A stretch of 64,000 nt of DNA from Zancudomyces culisetae HAW-14-8 (taxonomy: Eukaryota; Fungi; Kickxellomycota), in assembly GCA_052426225.1 (NCBI GenBank), contig JBNJNM010000015.1, positions 992,001-1,056,000 of the forward strand, in the 5' to 3' direction. Of this stretch, positions 61,259 through 64,000 are shown one piece after another. Position 1 is the first letter of the stretch. Every line of letters starts with the position of its first letter. The notes under the pieces are model-generated. The model made no database searches, had not been told where the DNA came from, and worked only from the letters and a program-made list of their open reading frames with translations. Position numbers and translations under genes: made by a program.

Positions 61259-64000
61259 ATTAAAATAAGAGAGGTTATATCTTTTCTTGTTCCTTTTTCT
61301 TTTTTTTTTAGACTTCCCTGTTCTTTATTTTATTGCCTCCACAGTGCGATGAATGATAAGATTTTTCTTTTTAGATATATTATGTGTTTGCCTGTTTGGA
61401 TACTCTGAGTAGAGTAGGCTTTATCAGAATTCTTGTATCAATGCTACTCTGTGTATATTTGTGATCTTAACAGCACTTGATTCACCACTGCAAAGATACA
61501 CTTATGATTATATATATCTGGACCACCCCTTGAGAGCTTTTCGCCTGTTTGTTCTGGTGCTCGCTTTTACACTTGCCACTCTTTGCTCTTCACGAGTATT
61601 GTTGCGAACCAGACCTTTTAAGCACTATCTTAAGCCTGGTTTTGGATTATATATATACTGTACCCGTGTCTCTTGGAAGTCTGTGTATGTATTAAGACTA
61701 CCTACTTCTCCTAGCTAAATTCCACCGTATTTTCTGCTCTTTGGAATATTCTATAGACGAAATATATGTATAGCCTTATTTTCAGCCTATTGCTGCTTAT
61801 GTTGTTTATCTTATCTTTTAAATAAAAGGACTATTCTAGCATATGTATTACCAAATAAAAAGATACAAATACATACTATATGCGAGAGATGGTTGGCGAA
61901 AAGTGGTTGGTATGTGGAGGAAACAGAGTAAAAGCACTGTTGCAAATATTTTCTTAGATGCTAGAATTAATACGCTTCTATTTCCTATGTTATTGGAAAA
62001 ATAATAAATATATGTGCTAACGAAAAACCCTAAAAAAAAAAAGATGGTATTGTTGTCCATTTTGGTGGGTTTTATACCAAAATTTTATTTTGAACCTTTG
62101 CAATCAGGTATTTCAGTGTTCAAATGCTAACATTACACTTGGGAACCTTTATTTAATGCTTCAAAAATGCGAAAAAAGGGAGCGGCAGTTTGGGCAAATT
62201 CAAATAACGTCTTTTGAATGTTCCATTTTTGTGAAATGCAAAAAAAATGACCTTGAATAAGTGCAGTGAACCATTTCAAGTTTTCTGGAAATAATAATAA
62301 AAATCACAGCGCTTGCAAAAACAATGATGATGGCACTGATTGATGGATGGTTCACATAACAAATGATATCGCTCTAATGAACTTGTTTTAGCATTATTTA
62401 GCATCAATCGACTTTTTTCGAATAAATTGGTACATAATTCTTGGTTTTTTAATTAATGGGGGAGCACATTATCTCATTGAACAAGCATACGAATGTAATT
62501 TACGTTTTCTGAGTCAGTTCACCACAACGATGATTTTGATGATAAGTCCAACCAGAGTTTAAGGATACTGAAAAGAAGGTGGATTGACTATTTTCCGCCT
62601 CCCCCCTTTTTGTGAATGCAATATAAGAACACATTTATTGTTCACCGTCACTTGTTTTATAAGGTGGTGTATTCTGCCTGTCCCCGTGCTAGCGTACCAC
62701 GCACATTAAAAAAACAATATGCAAACCAGCCACTACGGTTTTTTTAGCTATCATCTTTATTTTAGCAGAATAACTACACAAAACCGCAAACTTGCTCTAA
62801 AAATGGTGAAACCGGAACATTGGTTGTTCGGGATTTTATACCGCTTTAGTCTCAAATAGTGTTCACTTTCCTCTGAATACACTTTTTTTTTTTGGGAAAA
62901 AACCCACGCGAGGCTGAAAATAAAGGGAACAGGAGGAGGTGTAGGTTGTTTTTTCCTTAGTAATTGGCTGATACGCAGTATATTGGAAACAGTGATACTG
63001 TTCCCAGAATTCGAATTTTGTTTTACTCTAGTGTTTTTATTTGTTTACTTGACGGCAGTTCTTTTTTCCGACTTTTCTTTGGGTTGTTTCAAGACATGGG
63101 ACCAAAAAAGGTCAGTTGTGCTGCTTGGAATAACAACTGAGGAGTATGTATAATGAGGTAAAACAGATGGAGCAAGATAGCCACTAATTCGTGTTTTTTT
63201 TGGGGCACATAGGTTTGAAGTTGACCGAAATCTCAACGGGAATGTAGGAAACAATGGAGATATGATCTTTTTCTAGTGGTAGAATGCAAACCGGTGCAAT
63301 TTTAGATAACAAACAATCCTGAACAAAAAAAAAAAGCCTCACGGAATGCAAGAGAAAACTCAGCTTTTCCTTTTCTCTTGTCCTCTAAAAAGATGAACAA
63401 AGAATCAAAGGAGTGGACGGGGAAGAAAACAATTACATGGACAGAAAAGGGGGAAATTTTTTCATTGTTATCATTTCCTTGTGTTGGCATGATTTCCTTT
63501 ATAATAATCAATGATGTTCATCTTGCTGTAAGCACAGCTAATTGATTGTGGAGGTAGCAGACATGTTACTCCTTTTTTTTTCTTTTTGCTTGCATGTATT
63601 GGCTACCGTGTAGATTTAACCTCATCTAGCTAGGAATTGCGCATCCTGATGCATCTCAAAAGCCGACGGAGGTGCAACCTTCAATGACCTCAGCCCCCTC
63701 AAAAACGTGCCATGGGTTTTGGTTGTTTAAATAATATGAAGGTGAAGTATTATGTGCGAATTTTGACTTTCTATGGCAGTACCTCGAGCCCATCATCTCG
63801 CTAGTTGTATGTAGCAAACAGCTTTAGCTATCTTGCTAGATCCCACTAACACATATATGTTATTTCATGCCAATTTTAGTACTAAAATTCAGGGAAAAAT
63901 GAGAATTGATTCAATTCCTGGGATATAATTTTTCAGCTCCTCTAATAAGCAGTTTTGTTAACATTCAATCAGAAGAAAATCCGAGACGAAAACAAAGCAA

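Noticed and set aside
1-64000. Selenoprotein gene, tRNA-Sec or SECIS (Sec use is reported in Harpellales)
   Set aside because: No conserved ORF continuing through an in-frame TGA, no tRNA-Sec and no convincing SECIS were seen by eye.

Overview
AT-rich eukaryotic genomic DNA with short GT-AG introns and compact gene spacing. The protein families point to an early-diverging fungus; the ankyrin and LINE families resemble Harpellales such as Zancudomyces/Smittium (inference from recall, not verified). About 24 protein-coding genes are supported: F-box-like/ankyrin protein, GCIP-like, ArfGAP-UBA, importin-9, RPL7, FHIP/FAM160, HSDL2, OPI3, COX17, TEN1, RPT2, YGL242C-like ankyrin, PKA catalytic subunit, BRF1, a truncated MutL homolog, APRT, MPST/TUM1, a C2H2 transcription factor, HIS7, a SAM-domain protein and several orphans. 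There is also a 5'-truncated non-LTR retrotransposon relic and a tandem tRNA-Asp/tRNA-Glu pair. The most striking unexplained structure is a kb-scale saw-tooth GC skew that flips inside genes, independent of gene orientation, and tracks with protein composition; a perfect G-quadruplex motif lies near one reset point. Other notable items: a probable dicistronic tRNA gene, two convergent genes whose CDSs overlap at their stop codons, a probable GA-AG intron, a zinc-finger microprotein, and a LINE relic that appears to supply a host gene's stop codon. No CRISPR array, rRNA or prokaryote-type system was seen. All family calls come from motif recognition without database searches.
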